Source: Holophagales bacterium
Lineage (GTDB): Bacteria; Acidobacteriota; Thermoanaerobaculia; UBA5066
Direction of reading: 5' to 3'
Length of the DNA stretch: 64,000 bases
NCBI GenBank assembly: GCA_016714815.1
Contig: JADKBZ010000008.1
Location: forward strand, 53,513-117,512
Part shown: positions 47,400-55,889 of the stretch, in pieces
Numbering within the stretch: the first letter of the stretch is position 1
Layout: the number at the start of each line of letters is the position of its first letter
Position numbers and translations under genes: made by a program
The notes under the pieces: model-generated
What the model was told of the DNA's origin: nothing
Databases searched by the model: none
What the model saw: the letters and a program-made list of their open reading frames with translations, nothing else

Positions 47400-47711
47400 T
47401 CAGTGGCCGGCGCAGCCGGGGACGTGGCCAAGGGAGGCGAACTCCCCGTCGAGGGCCAGCTTTCCCTTCGAGGAGAGGAAGGCGAGGAGCCCTTCGAAGT
47501 CGAACCGGTCGCCGTGGCAGTTGCCGTAGACCGCCTGCTCGCCGAAGACGGTGCCGGCAGCGCTCTTCAGCTCCGCGACCGGAAGGCGCCCGCCGCGATC
47601 CGCGAGGATGGAGAGGATCTCGTGACCGAAGACGAAGCCTTCGCCCTCGTGGGAATGGTCGTGGTCGTGGTCGTGCGCTGGCGTCGTCATGGAGCGGAAC
47701 GTAGCACGCAC
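47400..47711 (-). CDS. YecH-like (DUF2492) putative metal-binding protein with a His-rich N-terminal extension (HDHDHDHSHEGEG)
   Basis: ..GHEILSIL...GEQAVYGNCHGD...LLAFLSSKGKL...C.GH resembles the YecH family from memory. The family assignment has not been checked by alignment. The start may be at the internal Met (MTTPAHDHDH..). Confidence 0.45.
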   Translation of the reverse strand: MRATFRSMTTPAHDHDHDHSHEGEGFVFGHEILSILADRGGRLPVAELKSAAGTVFGEQAVYGNCHGDRFDFEGLLAFLSSKGKLALDGEFASLGHVPGCAGH

Positions 47712-47778
47712 CCCGCCGGACGCGGGATGACGGGCGTCATGGCGGCGGACCGGAGACCGCCCTTCCGGCTCGCTCCGC

Positions 47779-48894
47779 TCAGCGCGGGAGAACTGGTGGA
47801 AGGCCCCTCTCCGTCAGCAGGTAGACGGCGAAGGTCCCGAGCCAGTGGCTCCCCTCGTAGTGATCGGAGGTGACGCTCGGCAGGCTCGCCTTCCCGTGGG
47901 CTTCGGCGGTCGCCCGGAGGGCTCGAGTGCGCGAGTCTCCCTGCGGCAGCCCCGCGGCGATCCCACGGAGCATCCAGGCGCGGGAGAGGTTGAGGCCGTC
48001 GAGGTGGACGAGCTTGCCGTCGGTCCGATCGGTGACGATGCCGGGGACGAGCCACTTCGCCGAGCCGTCCTTCGGCAGGCCCGGAAGGAAGGCCGAGAGC
48101 CACGCGCCGAAGCGGGCCGGCGGCAGCACGCGGCGCATCAGGTCGGCCTCCGCGATGCAGGGCGAGAGGAAGTCCTGGCCGGAGGGCTCGTAGCCGATCG
48201 GACAGCCCGTGTCCTTGCCGTAGAGCTCGACGACGCGGCGGGCGAGGAGGTCCAGCTTCGCCGTCTCCCCCGCGCCGCGGGCCCAGTCGAGGACGAGGCC
48301 GAAGGCGAAGGCCGTCTGCGGGTGCTCCCCCTCGCGGATCGGGTAGGCGAGCTTCGGGAGCCAGGCGAAGAAGAGCTCCGCGACCTTCGCCTCGAGGGGA
48401 GCGAGCGCCTTCGACCACGCCCGTGCCTCGGGGTCGTCCCACTCGCGCAGCTCGGTGGCGAGCGCCAGGAGCCAGGCGAGGCCGTAGGGCCGCTCGAACC
48501 CGACGCGCCCCGGCGCTTCGAGGTAGGCGACCTCCCCCGCCACGTTCGCCCCGGTCAGGCTCCTGCCGAGCGCCGCACGCGCCTGGGCGGCGAAGGGCGC
48601 CGACGGGTAGAGACGGGCGAGACGCGCGAGGAGCCAGTGCCCGTGAACGGAGGAATGCCAGTCGAAGCAGCCGAAGAACGCCGGCGTCAGCTCGCGCGGG
48701 GGCCTGGCGTCGGCGTCGGCGTTCATCACGTGGGCGATCTTGTTCGGGTATTCCCTGTGGACGCAGTCGAGCACGAGGCGTGCGAAACGGCCCGCCGCCG
48801 CCTCGTCGAGCGGGGTTGGCCCGGAAGCGTCGGCGGAGAACGGGAGGGCAAGGGAGACGGAGAGCGAGATGGAGAGCAGGAGCGGGATCCGCAT
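47779..48894 (-). CDS. Secreted hypothetical protein, possibly DUF2891 family
   Basis: 371 aa from ATG (revcomp 48892-48894), which forms an ATGA overlap with the upstream kinase stop. Signal peptide MRIPLLLSISLSVSLALPFSADA. Conserved-looking ..FFGCFDWHSSVHGHW.. The family name is recalled from memory and is low certainty. Confidence 0.55.
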   Translation of the reverse strand: MRIPLLLSISLSVSLALPFSADASGPTPLDEAAAGRFARLVLDCVHREYPNKIAHVMNADADARPPRELTPAFFGCFDWHSSVHGHWLLARLARLYPSAPFAAQARAALGRSLTGANVAGEVAYLEAPGRVGFERPYGLAWLLALATELREWDDPEARAWSKALAPLEAKVAELFFAWLPKLAYPIREGEHPQTAFAFGLVLDWARGAGETAKLDLLARRVVELYGKDTGCPIGYEPSGQDFLSPCIAEADLMRRVLPPARFGAWLSAFLPGLPKDGSAKWLVPGIVTDRTDGKLVHLDGLNLSRAWMLRGIAAGLPQGDSRTRALRATAEAHGKASLPSVTSDHYEGSHWLGTFAVYLLTERGLPPVLPR

Positions 48895-50738
48895 CAGTCG
48901 GGTGCGGCGAGGATCCGGACCCGGAGCCTCGCCACCCTCGGAAAATCGAGAGTCTTCATCTTTATGGAGACGCGGTTCGTGTCGCCCGCTTCCGTTCCGT
49001 TGAGGGTCCGCTCCTGGACCCCGGAACCGATCTCGTGGCCGCCGTCGTCGAGGAGAGAGACGCGGTAAGTGCACTTCCAGTCGTTGTCGTCGCGGTTCAT
49101 GTAGGTGAACTTCACCGTCAGGCTCGTCGTGTCGCCCGGCTTGCCTTCGGCCTTGCGGACCTCGTCCGGCTTCGGCCAGCCCGTCACCTCGACCGATTCG
49201 ATCGTGATGAACCGGTCCTCGATCCCGACGGGAACCGACTCCCCCGTCCGGAAGGGGACGACACGCTCGAGGCGCGAAGCGGGATTCGCCGGGCTGGCGG
49301 ACTCGGTCGGACGTTGCGGCGGCGCGGTGGGAGGAGCAGCGGAGGGCTGGGGCGTCCAGGTCGTCACGCCGGGCGACGAACCCGTCGCGGGGCTCCGGCC
49401 GGGAGCCGGGGTCGCCCGGGGCCCGGCCGTCGGGGGCATCGTCGGGACCCCCAGCTCCTCGATCGTCACCAGGGTCGCGCCGTCGTCCGGGACCTCGGTA
49501 CCCGCCGCCACGACACCTTCCGCCCCAAGCCCGCCGGTCTCCGCCGTTTGCGGAGTCGGAGTCGGGAGCGCTGCGGGAGGCACCGGAGTCGGCAGGACCG
49601 CCTCGCCCCCGGGAGGCTCCACCGGGGTTCCCTTCGGCCCGAAGAGCGTCCATCCCACCCCCGCCGCCACGCCGACGAAGAGGAGCGCGACGACGGCGAT
49701 CGCGGCGACGACCGCGCCCGTCGACGGTCCGGAGGGCGCCGGACGCCGTACCGTGACCCCCGTCTGGGGCGCGGGGAGGGTCAGGTGCGCCCGGCGGGAA
49801 CCGGACGACGGGGCTGCCGTCGGGCGAAGGGTGGCCGCCGTGTCGCCGCCCGCGGCGCTCCAGGTGGGGTCCGGGGAACGAGCGGCCCGGACCGCCGTGG
49901 AGACCCGCACGGGCATCGAGGCGCCGAGGGCCGCGGCGAGCGCCTCGACCATCTGGCGGCACGAGTCGAACCGCTCCTGCGCCTTCTTGGAGAGCGCCTT
50001 CGCCAGGACGGCGTCGACCTCCGGAGGCAGCTCCGGGACGAAAGAAGAAGCCGGCGGCGGCGCCACGCGGAGGTGCTTGTCGAGGATGGCGAAAGGAGAC
50101 TCGCTCCGGAAGGGAGTCCGGCCCGTCAGCAGCTCGAACGCGACGATGCCGAGGGCGTACTGGTCGGCACGCGCGTCGAGCGGCCGGCCGACCGCCTGTT
50201 CCGGCGCCATGTAGGCCGGAGTGCCGACGACCATCCCGGCCACCGTCAGCTCCGAGGAGACCGCCGTGTTCTTGGCGAGGCCGAAGTCGGCGAGGAGGAG
50301 GCTTCCCGAGGCGTCGACGAGGACGTTCGCCGGCTTCACGTCGCGGTGGAGGACGCCGCGCGCGTGCGCGTGGTCGAGCGCGGCGGCGATCGCGGCGAGC
50401 GCCTCCACCGCCTCGTCCGCCGGCATCGGGCCGGAGATCTGCTCCTTCAGGCTTCCGCCGGGCAGAAGCGGCATCACGAGGTAGGTGACGCCCCCCTCCG
50501 TCCCGAAGTCGTAGATCGGGAGGATGCGGGGGTGCTCGAGCTGCGCGGCGAGGCGCGCCTCGCGGATGAAGCGCTCGTGGAACTCGGCCTCCCCGGCGAT
50601 CTCGTCGCGGACGACCTTCACCGCGACGCTCCGGTGGAGCCCTTCGTCGAACGCCTCCCAGACCTCCGCCATCCCTCCCGCGCCGATCTTGCGCGAGAGG
50701 ACGTAGCGCCCGAGCTTCCGCCCCGCTTCGACCGTCAT
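48894..50738 (-). CDS. Serine/threonine protein kinase with TM segment and extracytoplasmic Pro/Thr-rich region plus a small C-terminal domain
   Basis: Hanks kinase subdomains (..VAVKVV.., HRDVKPANVLV, DFGLAK, GTPAYMAPE). TM at ..VVAAIAVVALLFVGVAAGVGW... Confidence 0.85.
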   Translation of the reverse strand: MTVEAGRKLGRYVLSRKIGAGGMAEVWEAFDEGLHRSVAVKVVRDEIAGEAEFHERFIREARLAAQLEHPRILPIYDFGTEGGVTYLVMPLLPGGSLKEQISGPMPADEAVEALAAIAAALDHAHARGVLHRDVKPANVLVDASGSLLLADFGLAKNTAVSSELTVAGMVVGTPAYMAPEQAVGRPLDARADQYALGIVAFELLTGRTPFRSESPFAILDKHLRVAPPPASSFVPELPPEVDAVLAKALSKKAQERFDSCRQMVEALAAALGASMPVRVSTAVRAARSPDPTWSAAGGDTAATLRPTAAPSSGSRRAHLTLPAPQTGVTVRRPAPSGPSTGAVVAAIAVVALLFVGVAAGVGWTLFGPKGTPVEPPGGEAVLPTPVPPAALPTPTPQTAETGGLGAEGVVAAGTEVPDDGATLVTIEELGVPTMPPTAGPRATPAPGRSPATGSSPGVTTWTPQPSAAPPTAPPQRPTESASPANPASRLERVVPFRTGESVPVGIEDRFITIESVEVTGWPKPDEVRKAEGKPGDTTSLTVKFTYMNRDDNDWKCTYRVSLLDDGGHEIGSGVQERTLNGTEAGDTNRVSIKMKTLDFPRVARLRVRILAAPD

Positions 50739-51538
50739 CGTCCGAACCCCTCTCCCCGGCGGTCTCGCGCGAAACGTGCGTAGACTTTCTGGAGGATCTC
50801 CGGCCCGGGGCGAAGCGGGGCGGCGTCGCGGGCCGAGGCGGCCCAGCGCAGGGCTACGACGAGGGGTACGCAGGGAGCCGGATCGGTGTTCGCGATCCCC
50901 TTCTCCTCACGCGCGGCCGCGGCCCAGACCCGCGTGGGGAGCGAAACCGCCTCGATGGTCTCGACGGTCGGCGCCGCGCAACGGGCGGGGGGCGACGTGA
51001 CGAGGTACTCGCGGCAGGCGATGGGCCGTTCGGCATAGATGGAGCAGCTCTCGTCCTCGAGGAACGGGCAGGCGATGCCGAGCCCCATGTACTGAAGGCC
51101 GAGGTCGACCGCCTCGGCGGCCATCCTCCCGGTCCGGCCCTCGAGCGCGGGAGCGAGCCCCGCCGCCTCGACGCGGCGAAAGGCGCCTTCGAATCGCTCC
51201 TTCACCTCCGAACGCCTCGGCTCGGGAAGCTCCTCGACGAGCGCGGCGATCGCCCGGGCCTCCGCGTGGGCGAGGGGGATGAGCTGCCGGCAGCAGGCCC
51301 CGCACCCCTTCGCGCAGGAGACGGGTTTCCCCGCTGCCACGGACATCTCGGCCCCGTAGGCGACGAAGGCGTCGGCGGTCGTCCGGAGCGCCGGCAGGAG
51401 GCGCTCCATCGGCACCTCGCCCATCGGAACGTCCATCTCGACCCGGACCGTCCCCCCCGGGAGAGCCAGATCCACGGTCAGCCCGCGAGTGTCCACGTCG
51501 GCCTCTTCACGAGGCGGAATTAGACCAGACCCGGCCAT
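50735..51538 (-). CDS. YkgJ-family Fe-S/zinc-binding protein (CxxCxxCC motif; putative zinc- or iron-chelating domain)
   Basis: ..CAKGCGACCRQ.. ATGA overlap with the kinase start. The N-terminus overlaps the acyl-CoA ligase 3' end by 19 nt, so the true start may be an internal Met. Confidence 0.6.
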   Translation of the reverse strand: MAGSGLIPPREEADVDTRGLTVDLALPGGTVRVEMDVPMGEVPMERLLPALRTTADAFVAYGAEMSVAAGKPVSCAKGCGACCRQLIPLAHAEARAIAALVEELPEPRRSEVKERFEGAFRRVEAAGLAPALEGRTGRMAAEAVDLGLQYMGLGIACPFLEDESCSIYAERPIACREYLVTSPPARCAAPTVETIEAVSLPTRVWAAAAREEKGIANTDPAPCVPLVVALRWAASARDAAPLRPGPEILQKVYARFARDRRGEGFGR

Positions 51539-53190
51539 CCCGTGCGGCCGGCGTAGAGGAAGCGCTTGATCTTCCGGGTCGGGGTCTTCTGGAACTCCTC
51601 CGGGACGATCTCGATCGTGGCGACCTGGCAGAACGGAGGGAGCCTCCCGTTCAGCTTCTGCCGGTTCCGTTCCATCTCCTTCACGATCGCCTCGTGCCCC
51701 GCGTGCGCGGCGTCGGCGGCTTCCAGGTCGGGGTAGACGAGGGCGTGCAGGCGGTGCTCCCGCTCCACGACGAGCGACTCGGCGACGAACGGCAGCGCGT
51801 TCAGCCGGGCCTCGATCTCCTCGGGGTAGACGTTCTGGCCCGTCGCGCCCAGGAACATCGTCTTCGACCGGCCCTTCAGCGTCAGGAAGCCGTCGGCGTC
51901 GAGGAGGCCGAGGTCACCGGTCTTCAGCCAGCCGTTCCCGTCGAGGACCTCCCGCGTCGCCTCGGGGCTCCTGTAGTACCCCGCCATGACGTGCGACCCG
52001 CGGACCTTCACCTCGCCCGGCGTCCGGGAGGGGTCGTCCGACTCGACGACGAGCTCCATCCCGTCGACGACGCGCCCCACCCCCTGCGGCTTGTGCTCGC
52101 GCCACCCGGCGTAAGTCAGGAGCGGCCCGCACTCGGTCATGCCGTAGCCGACCGTGACCGGGAATCCGATCCTGAGGAGGAACTCCTCGACCGTCGGGTT
52201 CAGGGCGGCCCCCCCGACGACGACCTCCAGGACCCGGCCGCCGAAGGCGTCGATCAGCTTCTTCCGCAGGAGGGCGTCGATCTGCCGACGGAGCGCCGGC
52301 ACTTTCGTCAGGAGCTTCACGACCGGCTTCTCGAGGAAGGGCCGGACGCGCCTGGCGTAGATCTTCTCGAGGACGAGCGGGACCGTCAGGACGAGGCGCG
52401 GCTTCTCGGCGCCGAACGCCTTGAGGATGACCTGCGGGGAGGGGGTCTTGTCGAGGAAGGCGATCCGGCAGCCGACCGAGACCGGGAAGAGGAACTCGAA
52501 GGCGCAGCCGAAGGCGTGGGCGAGCGGCAGGAACGACACGAGAGCGTCCCCCGCCTCGAGCGGCATGTGCTTCTGGGCGAAGAGGACGTTCCGGTAGAGG
52601 CTCCGGTGCGGGAGCATGACCCCCTTGGAAAAGCCCGTCGTCCCCGAGGTGTAGACGATGGAGGCGAGGTCTTCCGGGTCCGGCCGCGCCCAGGAAACCG
52701 CCTCGGGCGCGAGAGAAGGGAGAGCCCGGGCGGCTTCGTCGGCCTTCCTGAGGGGTGCCGCCTTCCCCTCGCGCTTCGTGAAGAGGGGGGCGAGATCCTT
52801 CGTGGAGAGGATCGCCTTCACCCCGGGCATCTTCGCGGGGTCGAGCCGCTCCAGGAACGCCCCGGTCGTCAGGAGGAGGACCGATTCGGAGTGGTTGAGG
52901 ATGTGGTGGATGTCCTCCTCCCGGAAGTCGGGGAGGATCGGCACTGCGACCGCCCCGAAGGAGAGGATCGCGAGATAGGCCGTGGCCCACCCGGAGGAGT
53001 TCCGGCCGAGGAGCCCGACCTTCGCCCCGGGCTTCAGGCCCAGCTCGCGGAACGCCGCGTGCAGCCGGGCGACGCGCCCGGCCACCTCGCCGTAGCTCTG
53101 GGTGGGGCCCGGGAAGTCGGAAAAGGCGGGGAGGTCGAAGTTCCGGCGGACGGCGCGCTCCAGGAGCGGGACCAGCGTTTCGGCTTCCAT
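51520..53190 (-). CDS. Long-chain fatty-acid--CoA ligase (AMP-dependent synthetase/ligase family)
   Basis: 556 aa from ATG (revcomp 53188-53190). AMP-binding motif ..IVYTSGTTGFSKGV.. and ..GYGMTE.., ..TGDLG... Confidence 0.85.
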   Translation of the reverse strand: MEAETLVPLLERAVRRNFDLPAFSDFPGPTQSYGEVAGRVARLHAAFRELGLKPGAKVGLLGRNSSGWATAYLAILSFGAVAVPILPDFREEDIHHILNHSESVLLLTTGAFLERLDPAKMPGVKAILSTKDLAPLFTKREGKAAPLRKADEAARALPSLAPEAVSWARPDPEDLASIVYTSGTTGFSKGVMLPHRSLYRNVLFAQKHMPLEAGDALVSFLPLAHAFGCAFEFLFPVSVGCRIAFLDKTPSPQVILKAFGAEKPRLVLTVPLVLEKIYARRVRPFLEKPVVKLLTKVPALRRQIDALLRKKLIDAFGGRVLEVVVGGAALNPTVEEFLLRIGFPVTVGYGMTECGPLLTYAGWREHKPQGVGRVVDGMELVVESDDPSRTPGEVKVRGSHVMAGYYRSPEATREVLDGNGWLKTGDLGLLDADGFLTLKGRSKTMFLGATGQNVYPEEIEARLNALPFVAESLVVEREHRLHALVYPDLEAADAAHAGHEAIVKEMERNRQKLNGRLPPFCQVATIEIVPEEFQKTPTRKIKRFLYAGRTGWPGLV

Positions 53191-53282
53191 CGCGATCGGC
53201 AATCTTACGCCGCGCCCGGCGCCCGATCACGGGCTAAGATCCACCGGTGCGGGGCCACTGAAGCGGCCCTGGGAGTGCTTCG

Positions 53283-53804
53283 ATGAGCCAGACCGTCGAT
53301 TTCGCCACCCTCGATCTGAAAGACGCCCTCGACCTCGCCATCCTGATCGAGGACGAGGCTCGCGAGCGCTACGAGGAATTCGCGGACCAGATGGAGGTCC
53401 ACCACACGGCCGACGCCGCGGCCTTCTACCGGATCATGGCCCGATACGAGGCCAAGCACGGCGAGGAGATCGCCGTCCGGCGCAAGGAGCTCTACGGCGA
53501 CGCCCCGACCCGGATGAGCCGCTCGATGCTCTGGGGCGTCGAAGCCCCCGACTACGACCAGGCCCGGGCGTTCATGTCGCCCCGCAAGGCCCTCGAGGTC
53601 GCCCTCGAGTCGGAGATCAAGGCGCACGCCTACTTCACCGCCGCGATCCCGTCGATCGCCGACCCCGACGTCAAGGCCCTCTTCATCGAGCTCCAGGGGG
53701 ACGAGGTCCACCACAGGGAGCTCGTCCAGGCCGAGATCGACAAGCTCCCTCCCGACCCCGAGGTCGACGTCGAGGACCTCGTCGACGAGCCCGTCGGGCA
53801 GTAG
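53283..53804 (+). CDS. Rubrerythrin/ferritin-like di-iron protein (no rubredoxin domain)
   Basis: 173 aa. Paired ExxH metal-ligand motifs (EDEARERYEEF, EAKHGEE, ESEIKAHAYF, ELQGDEVHHREL). Confidence 0.7.
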   Translation: MSQTVDFATLDLKDALDLAILIEDEARERYEEFADQMEVHHTADAAAFYRIMARYEAKHGEEIAVRRKELYGDAPTRMSRSMLWGVEAPDYDQARAFMSPRKALEVALESEIKAHAYFTAAIPSIADPDVKALFIELQGDEVHHRELVQAEIDKLPPDPEVDVEDLVDEPVGQ

Positions 53805-53907
53805 CTCTCCGGCCCCTCCCCGTCCGGTCGATGAGCCGCGCGGCGCCCGGCGCCGCGCGGCTCTTTTCTGCGCGGACTTCCGGCCGTCGAGACGCTACGA
53901 TTCCCGG

Positions 53908-55461
53908 ATGGGCGACAGCGTGGCGGACGGCACCCTCCTGACTCCCGTCGATACCGCGTGGCTCCACATGGAAGACCCCACGAACCTGATGATGGTGACG
54001 GGGATCTACGTCTTCGACGAGCCGATCGACTTCGCCCGGCTCAAGGACACCGTGAGGGTGAGGATGGTGGAGCGGTTCCCGCGCCTCTCGCACCGGGTGA
54101 AGCAGTCGGGGACGACGGCGCGGTGGGTGAAGGACCCGACCTTCGACCTCGATGCTCACATCCACCGGATCGCGCTCCCGAGGCCGTGCGACGACGGGGC
54201 GCTCCGCGACACGGTCAGCGACCTGATGTCGATGCCGCTCGACTTCAGCAAGCCCCTCTGGCAGATCCACCTCGTCGAGAACTACGGCGGCGGCGCGGTC
54301 GTTCTGATCCGGCTCCACCACTGCATCGGCGACGGCATCGCCCTCGTCCACGTCCTCCTGACCTCCACCGACACGACGGCCGACGCCCCGTGGCCGAAGT
54401 CGGCGCCGAAGGCCCTCCACGAGAAACACGTCGGCAGCCGGATCACGTCGCTCTTCGAAGGGGTTCAGCGGCTGGCCGTGACCACGCGGAAGGCGGCCGA
54501 CACGCTCGCGACGCAGACGGTCGAGTCGCTCCTCCACCCGTCGCACGTCCTGGAGGTGGGCCAGACGGCGATGGACGCGGCCGGCGTCCTGGCGAAGATG
54601 ATCCTCCGCCCGGCCGACCCGAAGACGGTCCTGAAAGGGACGCTCGGCGTCGCCAAGCGGGCCGCCTGGTCGCGGAAGGTCCCCGTCGCCGACGTGAAGG
54701 CGATCTCGCGGCGGATCGGCGGGACCGTCAACGACGTCCTCCTCACGGCCGTCAGCGGCGCCCTCCGGCGCTACCTCCTCTTCCGCGGCGAGAAGCCCGA
54801 CGGCAAGGACATCAACGCCATGGTGCCCGTCAACCTCCGGCCGCCCGCGGAGGCCGACCAGCTCGGCAACCGCTTCGGCCTCATCTACCTCTCCCTCCCG
54901 GTCGGCGAGCGAGACCCGGCCGAGCGCCTCCACCTCGTGAAGAAGAGGATGGACGCCATCAAGAAGACGCCCGAGCCGTTCGTGGCCTTCCAGATCCTGA
55001 GCGCCCTCGGTCTCGCCCCGGCCGAGGTGGCCTCCTTCGTCGTCGACATGTTCGGCAGCAAGTCGACGGCGGTCATGACGAACGTCGTCGGCCCGAAGCA
55101 GCCCGTCTACTTCGCCGGCCACCGCCTGGCCGACATGATGTTCTGGGTGCCCCAGTCGGGGCGGATGGGCCTCGGAGTCTCCATCTTCAGCTACGACGGG
55201 CACGTCGTCGTCGGCGTCGCCACCGACGCCGGGCTCGTTCCCGACCCCGAGCGGATCGCCGCCTTCTTCGAAGAGGAGCTCGAGTCCCTGGGCGCCTCCC
55301 GGTTCCCGATCCTGGACGAAGCGAGGGCCGCGGCGCCCGAGACGAGGAAGAAGCCATGGAGAAAGACCCCGCCCGCGACCTCCTCCGCCACGCCGTCGCC
55401 ACGCTCGCGTACCGCTGCGGGAAAGCGGCCCGCGGCGCGCCGGAAGGCTTCGAAACGCTGA
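53908..55461 (+). CDS. Wax ester synthase / acyl-CoA:diacylglycerol acyltransferase (WS/DGAT) family protein
   Basis: Catalytic HHxxxDG motif (..LHHCIGDGIAL..) and the typical N-terminus (..LTPVDTAWLHMEDPTNLMMV..). The C-terminal ~45 aa are low-complexity and overlap the next gene, so the 3' end is uncertain. Confidence 0.75.
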   Translation: MGDSVADGTLLTPVDTAWLHMEDPTNLMMVTGIYVFDEPIDFARLKDTVRVRMVERFPRLSHRVKQSGTTARWVKDPTFDLDAHIHRIALPRPCDDGALRDTVSDLMSMPLDFSKPLWQIHLVENYGGGAVVLIRLHHCIGDGIALVHVLLTSTDTTADAPWPKSAPKALHEKHVGSRITSLFEGVQRLAVTTRKAADTLATQTVESLLHPSHVLEVGQTAMDAAGVLAKMILRPADPKTVLKGTLGVAKRAAWSRKVPVADVKAISRRIGGTVNDVLLTAVSGALRRYLLFRGEKPDGKDINAMVPVNLRPPAEADQLGNRFGLIYLSLPVGERDPAERLHLVKKRMDAIKKTPEPFVAFQILSALGLAPAEVASFVVDMFGSKSTAVMTNVVGPKQPVYFAGHRLADMMFWVPQSGRMGLGVSIFSYDGHVVVGVATDAGLVPDPERIAAFFEEELESLGASRFPILDEARAAAPETRKKPWRKTPPATSSATPSPRSRTAAGKRPAARRKASKR

Positions 55462-55838
55462 AGGCCTCCGGGACGACGAAGACGCCGGGAGAGATCCTCG
55501 CGCACATCGGAGACCTCCTCGACTGGGCCCTCACGATGGCCGAAGGGACGCCGGCCTGGTCCACGTCGGCCCCCCTGCCGTGGGTCGACGAGGTGGCGCG
55601 CTTCCACGCCGGTCTCGCGAAGCTCGATGCCTTCCTCGCGTCCGACGCGCCTCTCGCCACGCCGCCGGAGAAGCTCTTCCAGGGTCCGATCGCCGACGCC
55701 CTCACCCACGCCGGCCAGATCGCGCTCCTGCGCCGCCTCGGAGGCGCCCCCGTCCGAAGCGAGAACTATTTCAGGGCGGACATCGCCGCCGGCCGCGTGG
55801 GACCGGAGCAGGCTCCGCCGAAGAGGGAGTTCGACTGA
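55356..55838 (+). CDS. DinB/YfiT-like (DinB_2 superfamily) metal-dependent hydrolase-like protein
   Basis: 160 aa from ATG 55356, the in-frame tail of ORF 53958..55838. ..HIGDLLDW...H.. pattern. Assignment moderate. Confidence 0.55.
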   Translation: MEKDPARDLLRHAVATLAYRCGKAARGAPEGFETLKASGTTKTPGEILAHIGDLLDWALTMAEGTPAWSTSAPLPWVDEVARFHAGLAKLDAFLASDAPLATPPEKLFQGPIADALTHAGQIALLRRLGGAPVRSENYFRADIAAGRVGPEQAPPKREFD

Positions 55839-55889
55839 AGGCTCCTGGCGCCCCTTTTCCCGACGGAGAGAGTTCCTGCGACTGGGCCC

